This document shows positions 9,670 to 20,199 of a DNA stretch of 64,000 bases, one piece after another. Position 1 is the first letter of the stretch; each line of letters opens with the position of its first letter. Under the pieces are notes generated by a model. It ran no database searches. It was not told where the DNA came from and saw nothing but the letters and a program-made list of their open reading frames with translations. The stretch is from Candidatus Kuenenia stuttgartensis (lineage in GTDB: Bacteria; Planctomycetota; Planctomycetia; Pirellulales; UBA1268): NCBI GenBank assembly GCA_945891385.1, contig CAMDDJ010000015.1:1237-65236 (forward strand), in the 5' to 3' direction. The translations under genes and the position numbers were made by a program.

Positions 9670-10932
9670 TCAGCGGATGAGGGCCGTGCCGGTCGAGTCC
9701 CCCGCGAGCTGACCGAGCCGCGGCAAGACCGCCTCGTCGAGCAGGACGACGACCGTACCGCCGCAGCCGCCGCCGCTGACCCGGGCGCCGTAGAAGCCCG
9801 CGGCGGGGCCGAGCGATTGCACCGCTGCGACCATCGCATCGGTCTCCGAGGTTCCCAGCCCGATGGATGAGTAGCCCCGATGAGATTCGCAGAGCAACTC
9901 GCCCAGCATCCGTGGGATGTCCCGCGCCGAGTCGGTGGAGTCGGCTCCGCGACGGAGCAGGTCCGCAGCGACCGTCGCCCGGGCGTTCTCGCCCACGGCA
10001 AAGGCCGCCGCAGCCCGCACCGGGTACGTCAGCCCTGCCTCGATCGCTGAGACCGCATCCGCGACGCTGCCGTGCTGCTCGAGAAATGCATGGCCCGGCA
10101 TCGCATCCGGCAGGACGTCGTGGCCGATGCCGGACAGAGCCGACGGGGCCACGTCGGTGAGGTATTCAAGGGGCACTCCCATGGTTGCCGCGAGGATCTG
10201 CTTGGCCATGAAGGCCGCGGTTCGGGCCGTGCGGTACGGCGATCCGCTGACGGCGTGGGCGACGCCGCTCGGCCAACCCGCCGCGACCACCCCGGACGGC
10301 AGCGGCAGCGCTTCGCCGAGGAGGTCGGGCCGGCACCGAATCGGGAGCAGCATCCCCGGCCGGCCGTGGGCGGATGCCAGTTGATCCATCAGGCCGCAGG
10401 GCGCCCCCACGATCTCGTTCTCCGCCCGCTGGGCCAGCCGGGCCAACTCGGTGCCCGAAAAATGGAAGCCGGCCCACTGCTCGAGCGCGCGGAGCGTGGC
10501 GACCTCGAGGGCAGCGCTCGAGCTGACGCCCATCGACACCGGGACGTCCGAAGCGACGTCGAACATGAGCCCGCTTGTCGGCTGCCAGGCGGCGTGGTGG
10601 GCATAGAGCACGAGGCAGCCGAGCGGATACCGGGCCCAGGCGGGAACGCCCTGTTCGTCGAGCCATGCGCGGCCCACCGAGGCAGGATCGGCGGCAGTCA
10701 TCAGCGTCGCCCATGCGGGAGCCTGCACCACGACCGATCGGGCCTCACCGGCATGGCCGCTCGTGAGTCGCAGCACAGGCTCGTCGCTGTCAGAGATCCG
10801 CACCCGGGTGGTGGCAGCGAGCGGCGTCTGCAGCACGAGGGAGCCGCTGTAGTCGGCCACCCCGCCGAGCACGTCGAGCCGGCCCGGGGCCTCGCCGACC
10901 ACGACTCCACGCCCGGGATCGCCCCGGCTCAT
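9670..10932 (-). CDS. GHMP sugar kinase (galactokinase/arabinokinase-like)
   Basis: APGRLDVLGGVADYSG, PVSMGVSSSAA, CGLMDQ, GARVSGGGCGG. Confidence 0.85.
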   Translation of the reverse strand: MSRGDPGRGVVVGEAPGRLDVLGGVADYSGSLVLQTPLAATTRVRISDSDEPVLRLTSGHAGEARSVVVQAPAWATLMTAADPASVGRAWLDEQGVPAWARYPLGCLVLYAHHAAWQPTSGLMFDVASDVPVSMGVSSSAALEVATLRALEQWAGFHFSGTELARLAQRAENEIVGAPCGLMDQLASAHGRPGMLLPIRCRPDLLGEALPLPSGVVAAGWPSGVAHAVSGSPYRTARTAAFMAKQILAATMGVPLEYLTDVAPSALSGIGHDVLPDAMPGHAFLEQHGSVADAVSAIEAGLTYPVRAAAAFAVGENARATVAADLLRRGADSTDSARDIPRMLGELLCESHRGYSSIGLGTSETDAMVAAVQSLGPAAGFYGARVSGGGCGGTVVVLLDEAVLPRLGQLAGDSTGTALIR

Positions 10933-11975
10933 GACGGCTGCTCCGGAGCGGGGTCGTTCTGGGCGAGCTCTTCACGGATCAGCCGCTGAAGGATCGGCCG
11001 CACCTGGGCCGCGAGCGTCTCGTTGCCGTAGCCCATCCAGGACACCGGAGACGTGGTGTCGAGCGGCACGTCGAGGGGCCTGCCGAAGGGATCCTCGACG
11101 AGGCCCCCCGATTCGTCGAGCAGCAGGCAGGTGCAGATGTCATAGGGATGGCAGACCAGTGACGACTCGAGGCCGAGCCAGGCATGGACCAGCGGCCGCA
11201 GGTCGCCGAGCATCCGGTCGTGGCCGGTCATCAACTCGTAAAGCTGCCCTCCGGTGGTCATGTACTGGTCGTCGAAGACCACCGGCGAGGCCGACTGCCC
11301 CAGCCCGTACAGGGCCTCCCAGAGCGACTCCTCGATCCGCGCGAGCGTTGTCTTGCCCTCGGGGAAGAATTTGGCGATCGAGGCAAAGCCGTGGCGGAAG
11401 TCGGTGGCTTGCGAGGGCCGCAGGGCGAGCGGCTCGCGGTGGCCGCTGCGGACGTCGCACCGATCAGCGACGAGTCCGCGCGGGCCGCAGCCGCGGATCC
11501 CGCTGATCTGATCCGACGCCCATTGCTTGGTCGTCGGCAACTCCGTCATCGCGGCCACGACGATGTCGCCGAGCCGCGTGCCCTCCGCTCGCCGCCGCGC
11601 CAGGCCGGCGAGCATCCAGGCCGACCGCTTGTCGTACATCAGGTTGCGGGTGCCGTCGATCGGGTCGAGGATGCAGACAAACTCGCAGGCCGCCGCCGCC
11701 GTGCCCCGCGGGAACGTGTGGGCATCGCCTCCCTCGGCCCCCTCCATCACGAGTTCCACCGGATGGTCGGCCGGCCAATAGGCCGCGAACCACTCGAGGA
11801 TCACCGCCTCGCTCACCTTGTCGATCTGATAGATCGTGTCGGCGACGGTGATCTCGGCGACGGCCGCGAGGTCGTCGGTCGATCGCTCGTGCCGCGCGGT
11901 GACGAGTTTCGCCCGCACGGCCTCCTGGAGCTGACAGAGAAGTGAACGGAATTGATCCAGCGGGTGTGCGGTCAT
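10929..11975 (-). CDS. Inositol monophosphatase-family phosphatase
   Basis: ILDPIDGTRNL motif; HPYDIC. Confidence 0.8.
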   Translation of the reverse strand: MTAHPLDQFRSLLCQLQEAVRAKLVTARHERSTDDLAAVAEITVADTIYQIDKVSEAVILEWFAAYWPADHPVELVMEGAEGGDAHTFPRGTAAAACEFVCILDPIDGTRNLMYDKRSAWMLAGLARRRAEGTRLGDIVVAAMTELPTTKQWASDQISGIRGCGPRGLVADRCDVRSGHREPLALRPSQATDFRHGFASIAKFFPEGKTTLARIEESLWEALYGLGQSASPVVFDDQYMTTGGQLYELMTGHDRMLGDLRPLVHAWLGLESSLVCHPYDICTCLLLDESGGLVEDPFGRPLDVPLDTTSPVSWMGYGNETLAAQVRPILQRLIREELAQNDPAPEQPS

Positions 11976-13051
11976 GGAGCGGGTTCGGTGGGTGTGGCGA
12001 CGGGGTCCGGACTCGGTCGCTTGTAGTGCGGGCCGCCGGCGGCGCGGAGTTCGGCCGCCTTCTCGTCGGGATTCGACTCGTTGGTCATCGAGCCGCCGCC
12101 GATTTCGGGACCAGCCAGATACTTGAGCGTGTCGGGGGTACGCAGCGGCGGATGAAACTCGACGTGGAAGGGAAAGGCGGCGTAATCACCGCCATCGGTC
12201 GGAGCCTGGTGGATCGCCATCACATAGGGCATCGGCATCCGCCAGAGATTGTCGTAGCGGATGGCCACCTCCCGGAGCATGCTGGCAAGCGCTGCCCGTT
12301 CGGATGCGGCCAGATCGACGAGGGACGTCAGCTGCCGCCGCGGGAGCACGAGCACCTCGTAGGCATATCGGGCAAACCAGGGCACGCAGGCGACGAACGC
12401 GTCGTTCTCGGCGACCACCCGGGGGCCGGCCAACTCCCGGGCGAGGATCCCTTGGCCCAGGAACTCGCCCGTGCGGGCCTGATGCCGCCGGCTGCTCTCA
12501 ACCTCGCGGACGGCATGGCCGTAGACGAGGCCGCCCGCATAGATCTGGCAGTGCGGATGCGGATTGCTCGTGCCCACAGCCGAGCCCTTGTTTTCGAAGA
12601 TCAGCACATGGTTGACGTCGGGCCGGACGGCGAGCGCGGCCGTGCGTTCGGCCCAGAGATCCACCACGGCGGTCACCTCGGCGGGTGTCAACCCCGCCAT
12701 CGTCTTGGCGTGGTCGGGGTGGTAGCAGACCACCTCGGCGGTTCCGACCGCGGGCCGGCGGCGATAAAGGTCGTCCGCGGTCTGACTGTCGGACCAGTCA
12801 GGCGCGTCGGAGCCGAAACAGGGCAGGTCGTTGGGGAACCAGTAGACGCCCCGGTACGGCGGATTCACGCCGCCAAGCCGCTGGTTTCCCGGGCAGAGCG
12901 CGCAGGTTGGATCGTAGGAGTCCGGGGCGACATCGGCCGCCTTCAGCTCGCCGATCCAGGGCCGGCCGCCCCGATGGGCCGTGAACAGCACCCATTCCTC
13001 GCGCAGCGGATGCCAGCGCTGCTCCCAGATCGGCTCCGGCGGTGGTGGCAT
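11972..13051 (-). CDS. galT: Galactose-1-phosphate uridylyltransferase-like (HIT family)
   Basis: RWHPLREEW, CALCPGN, FENKG..VGTSNPHPHCQ, KYLAG.E. Confidence 0.88.
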   Translation of the reverse strand: MPPPPEPIWEQRWHPLREEWVLFTAHRGGRPWIGELKAADVAPDSYDPTCALCPGNQRLGGVNPPYRGVYWFPNDLPCFGSDAPDWSDSQTADDLYRRRPAVGTAEVVCYHPDHAKTMAGLTPAEVTAVVDLWAERTAALAVRPDVNHVLIFENKGSAVGTSNPHPHCQIYAGGLVYGHAVREVESSRRHQARTGEFLGQGILARELAGPRVVAENDAFVACVPWFARYAYEVLVLPRRQLTSLVDLAASERAALASMLREVAIRYDNLWRMPMPYVMAIHQAPTDGGDYAAFPFHVEFHPPLRTPDTLKYLAGPEIGGGSMTNESNPDEKAAELRAAGGPHYKRPSPDPVATPTEPAP

Positions 13052-13134
13052 GGACGGGTTGGGGTACAACGAGGACGAAGCTCATTGCCAAAAGTGCGGG
13101 AACGATGAGCCACTGCCCTTCGTTGTACCCTCGT

Positions 13135-13971
13135 ATGAAATCCGCCGTCACTATCAGCCTCGTGCCCGAGGCCGTCCGCGGGCCGTTCGTGTTCCACTGT
13201 CCCGGTGGAACGGGGCTCTCGTTGGCCACGGCCTGCCGGGACGCAGCCGACCTCGGTTTCGACGCCGTGGAGATCTTCGCCGCCGATGCTGAGCATTTTC
13301 CCCGGCCCGAGCTGCGGGCACTGTGCGAGAAACACGGGATGGCGGTCGCCGCCGTGGGAACCGGGGCTGGTTGGCTGAAACACGGCCTCTCGCTGACCGA
13401 ACCCGATCACGCGCGTCGCGCTGCCGCGGTCGAGTTCGTCCGCAGGATCATCGCCGTGGCCGCGGAATGCGACGCTCCGGTGATCATCGGCTCGATGCAG
13501 GGGCGTTCGGCAGCGGGCGGCGACCGCCCGGCCGCCCTGGGGCATTTGGCCGAGTCGCTCCGCACCCTGTCGGCGACCGCCGCGGCGGTCGGGCAGCCGC
13601 TCCTCTACGAGCCGCTCAACCGCTACGAGACCGATCTCTTCAATCGGCAGGCCGAGGCCGCCGCCTTCCTCGAGGCCGAGTCGCTGGCCCAGGTCAGGCT
13701 CCTCTGCGATCTCTTCCATATGAATATCGAGGAGGCAGACCCCGCCGCCACGCTCGCCTCCCTGGGGACGCGGGTGGGCCATGTGCATTGGGCCGATTCC
13801 AATCGCCGCGCCATGGGGCTGGGGCACACCCAGCCCGGACCGATCGTGGCCGCCTTGGCGGCGACCGGCTTCGGCGGCTACCTTTCGGCCGAGGTGTTTC
13901 CGCTCCCGACCGACGCGGCCGCCGCCCGGGCCAGCATCGAGAGTATCCGCCGTCACGCGTCCACTCCCTGA
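13135..13971 (+). CDS. Sugar phosphate isomerase/epimerase (xylose isomerase-like TIM barrel)
   Basis: EPLNRYE, DLFHMNIEE, HVHWADSNR. Confidence 0.85.
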   Translation: MKSAVTISLVPEAVRGPFVFHCPGGTGLSLATACRDAADLGFDAVEIFAADAEHFPRPELRALCEKHGMAVAAVGTGAGWLKHGLSLTEPDHARRAAAVEFVRRIIAVAAECDAPVIIGSMQGRSAAGGDRPAALGHLAESLRTLSATAAAVGQPLLYEPLNRYETDLFNRQAEAAAFLEAESLAQVRLLCDLFHMNIEEADPAATLASLGTRVGHVHWADSNRRAMGLGHTQPGPIVAALAATGFGGYLSAEVFPLPTDAAAARASIESIRRHASTP

Positions 13972-13996
13972 CCCCGTTCCCGGAAGCCTGGTTCCC

Positions 13997-14449
13997 ATGC
14001 TCGACACGTCCCTCCTGCACCCCGAGATTCTCAGAGTGCTCGCCGCGGCCGGTCATCATGCCCGGGTGCTGATCGCCGATGGCAATTATCCGGCCAGTAC
14101 AAAACGCGGCCCGCGGGCTGAACTCGTGTCGCTCCAGCTCTCGCCCGGCATTCCCACGGTCGCGCAGGTGCTGGCCGCGATCCTGGCGACGGTGCGGATC
14201 GACGAGGTGCACTGCATGGGCATCGATCGCGACGACGCCTATGCCGCGGCGACGCCGGGCGACCCGCCCGTCTGGGACGAGTACCGTCGGATCCTCACAG
14301 CCGCCGGCAGTTCCTGCGGGCTCGTGCCGATCGTGAAGTGGGATTTCTACGCGGCGGTCGAGTCGCCCGACCACGTGCTCACGATCCAGACCGCCGACAC
14401 CCAGCCGTGGGCGAACCTGCTGCTCTCGCTCGGCTGTCGCACCTTCTAG
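13997..14449 (+). CDS. RbsD/FucU family mutarotase
   Basis: LHPEIL..LAAAGH...LIADGNYP; IQTAD..PWANLLL. Confidence 0.85.
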   Translation: MLDTSLLHPEILRVLAAAGHHARVLIADGNYPASTKRGPRAELVSLQLSPGIPTVAQVLAAILATVRIDEVHCMGIDRDDAYAAATPGDPPVWDEYRRILTAAGSSCGLVPIVKWDFYAAVESPDHVLTIQTADTQPWANLLLSLGCRTF

Positions 14450-14473
14450 ACCCTCGAACTGGAGTTCGTTTTC

Positions 14474-15406
14474 ATGCAGACGAGGATCCTGGGCTCCACC
14501 GGCCTCGCCGTGCCGATCCTGTCGTTCGGCGCCTCGTCACTCGGCCAGGAGTTCCGCCGGATCACGCTCGACGAGGCTCTGGCGAGCGTCCGTACGGCCC
14601 TCGACTGCGGCCTGTCCCTGATCGACACGAGCCCCTTCTACGGGCGGGGCATGAGCGAGGTCCTGTTGGGAATGGCCCTCCGCGAGGTTCCCCGACGTGA
14701 CTATCTCCTGTGCACGAAACTCGGCCGCTACGACCTCGGCCACTTCGACTTCTCAGCCCGCCGGGTGGCCGAGAGCATCGACGTCTCACTCCATCGACTG
14801 GGCACCGACTATCTCGACATCGTGCTCTGCCACGACATCGAGTTCGTGCCCTTGCAGCAAATCGTCGACGAAACCCTGCCGGCGCTGCAGCGGGCCAAAG
14901 ACGCAGGCAGGGTGCGGTTCATCGGCTTCAGTGGGTATCCGCAGAAGATTTTCCGCGTCATCTGCGACCAGTCCGATGTCGATTGCGTACTCAACTACAA
15001 CCAATACACGCTCCAGAACACCCGCTTCGCCGAGGAGACGATTCCCTACCTTGCGGCCAAGGGCATCGGCGCGATGAACGCCGGCCCCTTCAGCGCCCGC
15101 CTGCTGACCGACGCCCCGCTGCCCGCCTGGCTCAAGGAGCCGGAATCGGTGAAGGCAGCGGCTCGTGCGGCCGCCGACCTCTGCCGCCGGCGCGGCAGCT
15201 CGATCGCCAAGTTGGCCCTGCAGTTCTCGCTCGCCAATCCCGCAATCGCCACCACCGTGGCTGGCAGTGCCAATCCGGCCAACATCCGCGGCTGGGCCGA
15301 CTGGGCGGCCGAGCCCATCGACGCGACGCTCCTCGCCGAGGTGCAGGCGATCTTCAAGCCGGTGCATGACATCGGGCACCTCGAGGGTCTCCCGGAGAAC
15401 AATTGA
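14474..15406 (+). CDS. Aldo/keto reductase (L-galactose/L-fucose dehydrogenase-like)
   Basis: LSFGASSLG, IDTSPFYG, TKLGRY, CHDIEF. Confidence 0.85.
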   Translation: MQTRILGSTGLAVPILSFGASSLGQEFRRITLDEALASVRTALDCGLSLIDTSPFYGRGMSEVLLGMALREVPRRDYLLCTKLGRYDLGHFDFSARRVAESIDVSLHRLGTDYLDIVLCHDIEFVPLQQIVDETLPALQRAKDAGRVRFIGFSGYPQKIFRVICDQSDVDCVLNYNQYTLQNTRFAEETIPYLAAKGIGAMNAGPFSARLLTDAPLPAWLKEPESVKAAARAAADLCRRRGSSIAKLALQFSLANPAIATTVAGSANPANIRGWADWAAEPIDATLLAEVQAIFKPVHDIGHLEGLPENN

Positions 15407-15414
15407 GTCCATCC

Positions 15415-16248
15415 ATGATGATCGACGCCCATCAGCATTTCTGGGTCTACTCGCCGGAGGAGTACCCCTGGATCGGGCCGGGCCTGGAGCGGCTGGCCCA
15501 GACGTACCTGCCAGGCGACCTCGAGCCGCTCCTGGCCGCGGCTGGGCTCGATGGCTGCGTGGCCGTGCAGGCTCGGCAGACGGTCGAGGAGACCCGCTGG
15601 CTGTTGGAATTGGCGGATCGGCATCCCATCATCCGCGGCGTGGTCGGCTGGGTCGATCTTCGGGCGACCGATGTCACGGACCAGCTTCGGAGGTTTGCCG
15701 AACATCCCCGGTTCGTCGGTGTGCGGCATGTGGTGCAGGATGAGCCCGACACGCGATTCGTGCTCGGCGCCGACTTTCGGCGGGGACTGCGGGCCGTGCA
15801 CGACTTTGGGCTGACCTACGATCTCCTGCTCTACCCACCGCAGCTCCCGGCCGCCATCGAGTTGGCCCGGCTCACGCCCGAGCAGCCGTACGTGCTCGAT
15901 CATCTGGCCAAGCCGGTGATCAAGGAGCAGCGAATCGACCCCTGGCGGGCCGATCTCACCGCCCTGGCCGCCCAGGAGAATGTCTGCTGCAAGCTCTCCG
16001 GCATGGTGACCGAGGCCGCCCGGGGCGGCTGGCAACGGGCTGATTTTCGCCCCTACCTCGAGATCGTTCTTGACGCCTTCGGCGCCGACCGGCTGATGAT
16101 CGGGAGCGATTGGCCGGTCTGCCTCCTGGCTGCCGACTACGCCGACACGCTGGGCATCGTTACCGACTTCATCGCCAGCCTGTCGGCCGGCGAGCAGGCG
16201 GCGATCATGGGCGGGACGGCGGCCCGGTTCTACGGACTCGACGTCTGA
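15415..16248 (+). CDS. Amidohydrolase (sugar-1,5-lactonase-like)
   Basis: IDAHQHFW, LDHLAKP, CKLSG, GSDWPV. Confidence 0.85.
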   Translation: MMIDAHQHFWVYSPEEYPWIGPGLERLAQTYLPGDLEPLLAAAGLDGCVAVQARQTVEETRWLLELADRHPIIRGVVGWVDLRATDVTDQLRRFAEHPRFVGVRHVVQDEPDTRFVLGADFRRGLRAVHDFGLTYDLLLYPPQLPAAIELARLTPEQPYVLDHLAKPVIKEQRIDPWRADLTALAAQENVCCKLSGMVTEAARGGWQRADFRPYLEIVLDAFGADRLMIGSDWPVCLLAADYADTLGIVTDFIASLSAGEQAAIMGGTAARFYGLDV

Positions 16249-16289
16249 TTGACGGATCCCATATCAGCCTCTCCTGTGAGTCGATGCTC

Positions 16290-17318
16290 ATGAATGCCCT
16301 GCTGCTCCGCGAACCTGGCCGGTTCGAGTTCGTCGACGTTCCCGAGCCGCAGCCGCCGGGGCCGGGCGAGGCGATTGTGCGGGTCAGAAGCGTGGGCATC
16401 TGCGGCACCGACTACGGTGGCTTTCGCGGCACGATGCCGTTTTTCAGCTATCCGCGGATACCCGGGCACGAACTCGGCGTCGAGGTGGCGGTGGTGGGGG
16501 ACGGCGTGACCAACGTCCGACCGGGAGACCGGTGCTGCGTCGAGCCCTACATCAACTGCCAAAACTGTCATTCCTGCCGCCGCGGGCTCACCAACTGCTG
16601 CGAGCATCATCAGACGCTCGGAGTGCACTGCGACGGGGGCTTGAGGCCGCTGTTCACGCTGCCGGCGCGAAAGCTCCATCTGTCGCCCGCGCTCTCGAAT
16701 GCCGAGAATGCCCTCGTCGAGACGCTGGCCATCGGCTGCCACGCCATCGACCGGGCCAAGCCCACGTGGAACGAGACGGTGCTCGTGATCGGGGCCGGAC
16801 CGATCGGGCTGGCCGCGGTGGAGTTTGCCCGCCTGACGGGAGCCCGGGTGATCGTGATGGATCGGGTGGCAGGGCGGCTCGAGTTCGTTCGAACTCGGCT
16901 CGGCATCGCCGACACGCTTCCCGCGACCAGTTTCGCCGCCGACGAGGCTGCGGTGCGGCACCTCACGGACGGCCGGATGGCGGAGGTGGTGGTGGACGCC
17001 ACCGGCAGTCCGGAAAGCATGGGGCAGGCGCTGGGTTTCTGCAGTTTTGGGGGCCGGCTCGTCTACGTCGGGATCACCCAGCAGACGATCTCGTTTCCGC
17101 ACGCGCCGGTGATGCACCGCCGCGAACTCTCGCTTCTGGCCAGCCGCAACGCGCTCTCCCGCGACTTCACCCGAATCATCGGGCTGATCGAGTCCAAGGC
17201 GATCGACACCAGGCCCTGGATCACCCACCGGCTGCCGTTTGCCGACACCATCCGAGAGTTCCCGGAACTGATCGATCCCGCCTCGGGCGTCGTCAAGGCC
17301 GTGATCGAGATGCCGTGA
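16290..17318 (+). CDS. Zn-dependent dehydrogenase (L-galactonate dehydrogenase-like)
   Basis: GICGTD, PRIPGHELG, CxxCxxC..NCC, GAGPIG, SRNA. Confidence 0.85.
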   Translation: MNALLLREPGRFEFVDVPEPQPPGPGEAIVRVRSVGICGTDYGGFRGTMPFFSYPRIPGHELGVEVAVVGDGVTNVRPGDRCCVEPYINCQNCHSCRRGLTNCCEHHQTLGVHCDGGLRPLFTLPARKLHLSPALSNAENALVETLAIGCHAIDRAKPTWNETVLVIGAGPIGLAAVEFARLTGARVIVMDRVAGRLEFVRTRLGIADTLPATSFAADEAAVRHLTDGRMAEVVVDATGSPESMGQALGFCSFGGRLVYVGITQQTISFPHAPVMHRRELSLLASRNALSRDFTRIIGLIESKAIDTRPWITHRLPFADTIREFPELIDPASGVVKAVIEMP

Positions 17319-18303
17319 GTCGCTCCGGGGCGGACTCATCCGCGGCCGGTGGCTCGTCCTTCACAGGCCGGCGGGCCCAGTACCCGGCCAGCACCGATCC
17401 CGAGATGTTCATCCAGGGGCTGAAGACCGCGGCAGCCAGGCCGACCGTGCCGAGTTTCCCCATCTGACCGGCGATGCCCGAGGCCATCCCGCCGTTCTGC
17501 AGGCCGACCTCCAGGGCCATCGCTCGGGCGCTGGGAATGTCGAGCCCGGCCAGGCGGCTGCCGGCGTAGCCGAGCAGGTAGCCGAGGCAATTGTGCACGA
17601 TGCAGGCCAGGAGCAGGAGCGGGCCCACGCGGAGCAGTTCCTCGCGGCCGGCGGCCGTGGTCACGGCCGTAAAGAACACGATGCCGGCCATCGAGAGGAA
17701 CGGTAGGCCCCGCCGGATCGCCTCCCAGATCGGACGCGTCCGGGGCACCGCCCCGACGATCGCCTCCAGGAGAAACGCAGCACCGACCGGCACCAGCACG
17801 ATCTGCACGATCGACAGCATCATGGAGGCCATCGACATCTCGACGAGCCTGCCAGCCAGGGCCTTCATCAGGAGCGGAGTGACCAGTGGCGAGAGTAGCG
17901 TAGCGCAGGCGGTGACGGTGACGGAGAGCGTGAGGTTCGCCCCGGCGAGGTAGGTCATCACATTCGACGCCAGCCCGCTCGAGCAGGAACCGATCAGCAC
18001 GACGCCGGCGGCGATCTCGTCGGGAAACCCACACAGCCGGGCGAGAGCCCAGCCCAGGAGCGGCATGATCGTGAACTGACACGCCAGGCCGACGAGCACG
18101 CCCCGTGGCTCGCGGATCACGCCCACGAAATCGGCGAATCGCATCTGGCTGCCCATGCCGAACATCACCAGTTGCACGATGACGAGCACGACCCGCGGAT
18201 CCCGCAGCTCGATGCCGCCCCACCGTACGAAGGCCTCTGGAGCGATCAGGGCGGCTGCGACGGCCGCGACGATTGCGGCGGTGTAGAGTCGTCCGATCTG
18301 CAT
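17293..18303 (-). CDS. Bile acid:sodium symporter family transporter
   Basis: VMFGMG, QFTIMP, GLASNV, EVGLQNGG. Confidence 0.88.
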   Translation of the reverse strand: MQIGRLYTAAIVAAVAAALIAPEAFVRWGGIELRDPRVVLVIVQLVMFGMGSQMRFADFVGVIREPRGVLVGLACQFTIMPLLGWALARLCGFPDEIAAGVVLIGSCSSGLASNVMTYLAGANLTLSVTVTACATLLSPLVTPLLMKALAGRLVEMSMASMMLSIVQIVLVPVGAAFLLEAIVGAVPRTRPIWEAIRRGLPFLSMAGIVFFTAVTTAAGREELLRVGPLLLLACIVHNCLGYLLGYAGSRLAGLDIPSARAMALEVGLQNGGMASGIAGQMGKLGTVGLAAAVFSPWMNISGSVLAGYWARRPVKDEPPAADESAPERLTASRSRP

Positions 18304-18307
18304 GGCC

Positions 18308-18970
18308 CTACCAGCCAAAGCGGGCCGCGAGGCTGGCCACCGCGAGCGGCGGGCTCGCCAGCACGGGGGCAGTCGCATCGTCTGTCGGGAGCGCCTCGGC
18401 CACCCGGGCCATCGACGCCTGAGCCAGGAGCACCACGTCCGAGCCCCGCTGCATCTCCCGAATCGCGGCCCCGACGATGGCGTCATGGGTCGCGGCGTCG
18501 CCGGCCATCAGGGCCTCGAAGGCGCCCGGGCAGACGCGGGCCGTCACGGTGACGGCCTTGTCGGCCTCTGCGGCCTGTCGGCGGACGAGCTTCTCGGTTG
18601 GCCCGAGCGTGGTGGGAAGGGTGGCGAGGACGCCGACCCGGCCCCCGATCCCGACCGCACGGTCCGCCATCGCCTGATCGACGCGAATAACCGGCACCCG
18701 CGAGAGTCGGGCGGACAGTTCGACCGCCTCCCCGATCGATGAGCAGGTCACGAGGATTGCGTCGGCCCCGGCGCGCTCGGCGAGGCCAACCTGATCAACG
18801 ACGCGGGATGCGACCGCAGGCGTAAGGGAGCCCGCGTGGATGACATCCTTGATCAAGCTGTCATCGACAATGTTGAAGCCGCTCACCCGCGGCCCGAAGG
18901 GCAGCAAAAGCTCGGCGAAAACCGGCACGAGCGTAGCCGAGGTGTGCACGAGCCCGAGTTTGGTGACCAT
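18308..18970 (-). CDS. Asp/Glu/hydantoin racemase family protein
   Basis: LVHTS, TCSSIG, LAQASM. Confidence 0.8.
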   Translation of the reverse strand: MVTKLGLVHTSATLVPVFAELLLPFGPRVSGFNIVDDSLIKDVIHAGSLTPAVASRVVDQVGLAERAGADAILVTCSSIGEAVELSARLSRVPVIRVDQAMADRAVGIGGRVGVLATLPTTLGPTEKLVRRQAAEADKAVTVTARVCPGAFEALMAGDAATHDAIVGAAIREMQRGSDVVLLAQASMARVAEALPTDDATAPVLASPPLAVASLAARFGW

Positions 18971-19186
18971 GCCCGCACGTTCCGGATGGCAGAAGACCAG
19001 GAGACTGCGGAGTCTAGCCGACAGGCAGCAAGGCGATCAGGCCCACGCCCCCGCAGCGGCCGCTCAGCGCTAATTGCGCAAGTTTTTTGTGGTGATGGAC
19101 AGCAAACTTTACCCTAGCATGAATTGGGTTGGAGGCTCGGGTGGCTGGCGTGTGGCCGTCGTCCAGCTCGACTCACGGGAGGGAAC

Positions 19187-20197
19187 ATGAATCGCGTTGG
19201 TCTGGCTTTGCACGATCGTCCCACCACTGGACAGTGGTCGAAGAGATCTCGCGGTTTCACGCTGGTGGAACTGCTTGTCGTGATTGCCATCATCGCCACG
19301 CTGATCGGGCTGCTTCTGCCGGCCGTGCAGAGCGCCCGCGAAGCGGCTCGCGGCTCCCAGTGCAAGAACAACCTCAAGCAGTGGGGCCTGGGGATGCACA
19401 ACCACCTCAGTGCGCTCCGCTATTTTCCGCTCGGTGCGTTGTCGAGCCCGCGGCGCACCTTCGTGATCGCCTGTTGGCCGTACCTGGAGAATAAGGCGTT
19501 GTTCGACGCCTACGACATGAACGTGGACTGGCAGTTGAGCGATGCCAACAAGTCGCTCGTCCGCCAGCCGGTTCCCCTCTACTACTGCCCGTCGGATGCC
19601 AACGCGAGCGGGCCGGGGAAGATCGCGAACCTCGACAAGGTGGAGCGGGCTCGGTCGAACTACGTCGTCAGTGCAGCGCAATGGACGGAGAGCGGCCGGC
19701 TTGGGTTGGACCGTAACCAGCGGCGGACTCTCTACGCGGGCATGTTTCTTTCGCACAGCAAGAAGGCAAAGCCCTTCGATCCCAAGCCCTTCACCCCGTC
19801 GAACGTCTCCGACGGCCTGAGCAAGACGCTCTGCATGTCGGAGGTGCTGATTCCGCTCGACAGCGGCGTGAATGCTCAGGCCGTGGACTCCCGGGCCGAC
19901 GCCTTCGACACCAAGGGGGAGCGGTGGTCGTTCCATACGTCCTACCCGCCGAATACGTCCACGCTCGACCGCCCGGAGCTCTGTGGGCCTTCGGCCAGTC
20001 AGCCACAGATCAACATGCCCTGCATCCAGAACCCGAGCAGTAACTTCATCGCACATTCGGCCCGAAGTCGGCATCCTGGGAGCGTCCAGTCTCTGATGGG
20101 AGACGGATCGGTCCGCGGCGTCACCGACAACATCGACACCGGTGCCTGGAAGGCCTTGGGGACAAGTTCGGCTGGCGACGACCCGGGGGCGTTCTGA
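19187..20197 (+). CDS. DUF1559 prepilin-type N-terminal cleavage / H-X9-DG protein
   Basis: [34 protein letters not shown]; DGLSKT; [13 protein letters not shown]. Confidence 0.92.
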   Translation: MNRVGLALHDRPTTGQWSKRSRGFTLVELLVVIAIIATLIGLLLPAVQSAREAARGSQCKNNLKQWGLGMHNHLSALRYFPLGALSSPRRTFVIACWPYLENKALFDAYDMNVDWQLSDANKSLVRQPVPLYYCPSDANASGPGKIANLDKVERARSNYVVSAAQWTESGRLGLDRNQRRTLYAGMFLSHSKKAKPFDPKPFTPSNVSDGLSKTLCMSEVLIPLDSGVNAQAVDSRADAFDTKGERWSFHTSYPPNTSTLDRPELCGPSASQPQINMPCIQNPSSNFIAHSARSRHPGSVQSLMGDGSVRGVTDNIDTGAWKALGTSSAGDDPGAF

Positions 20198-20199
20198 CC

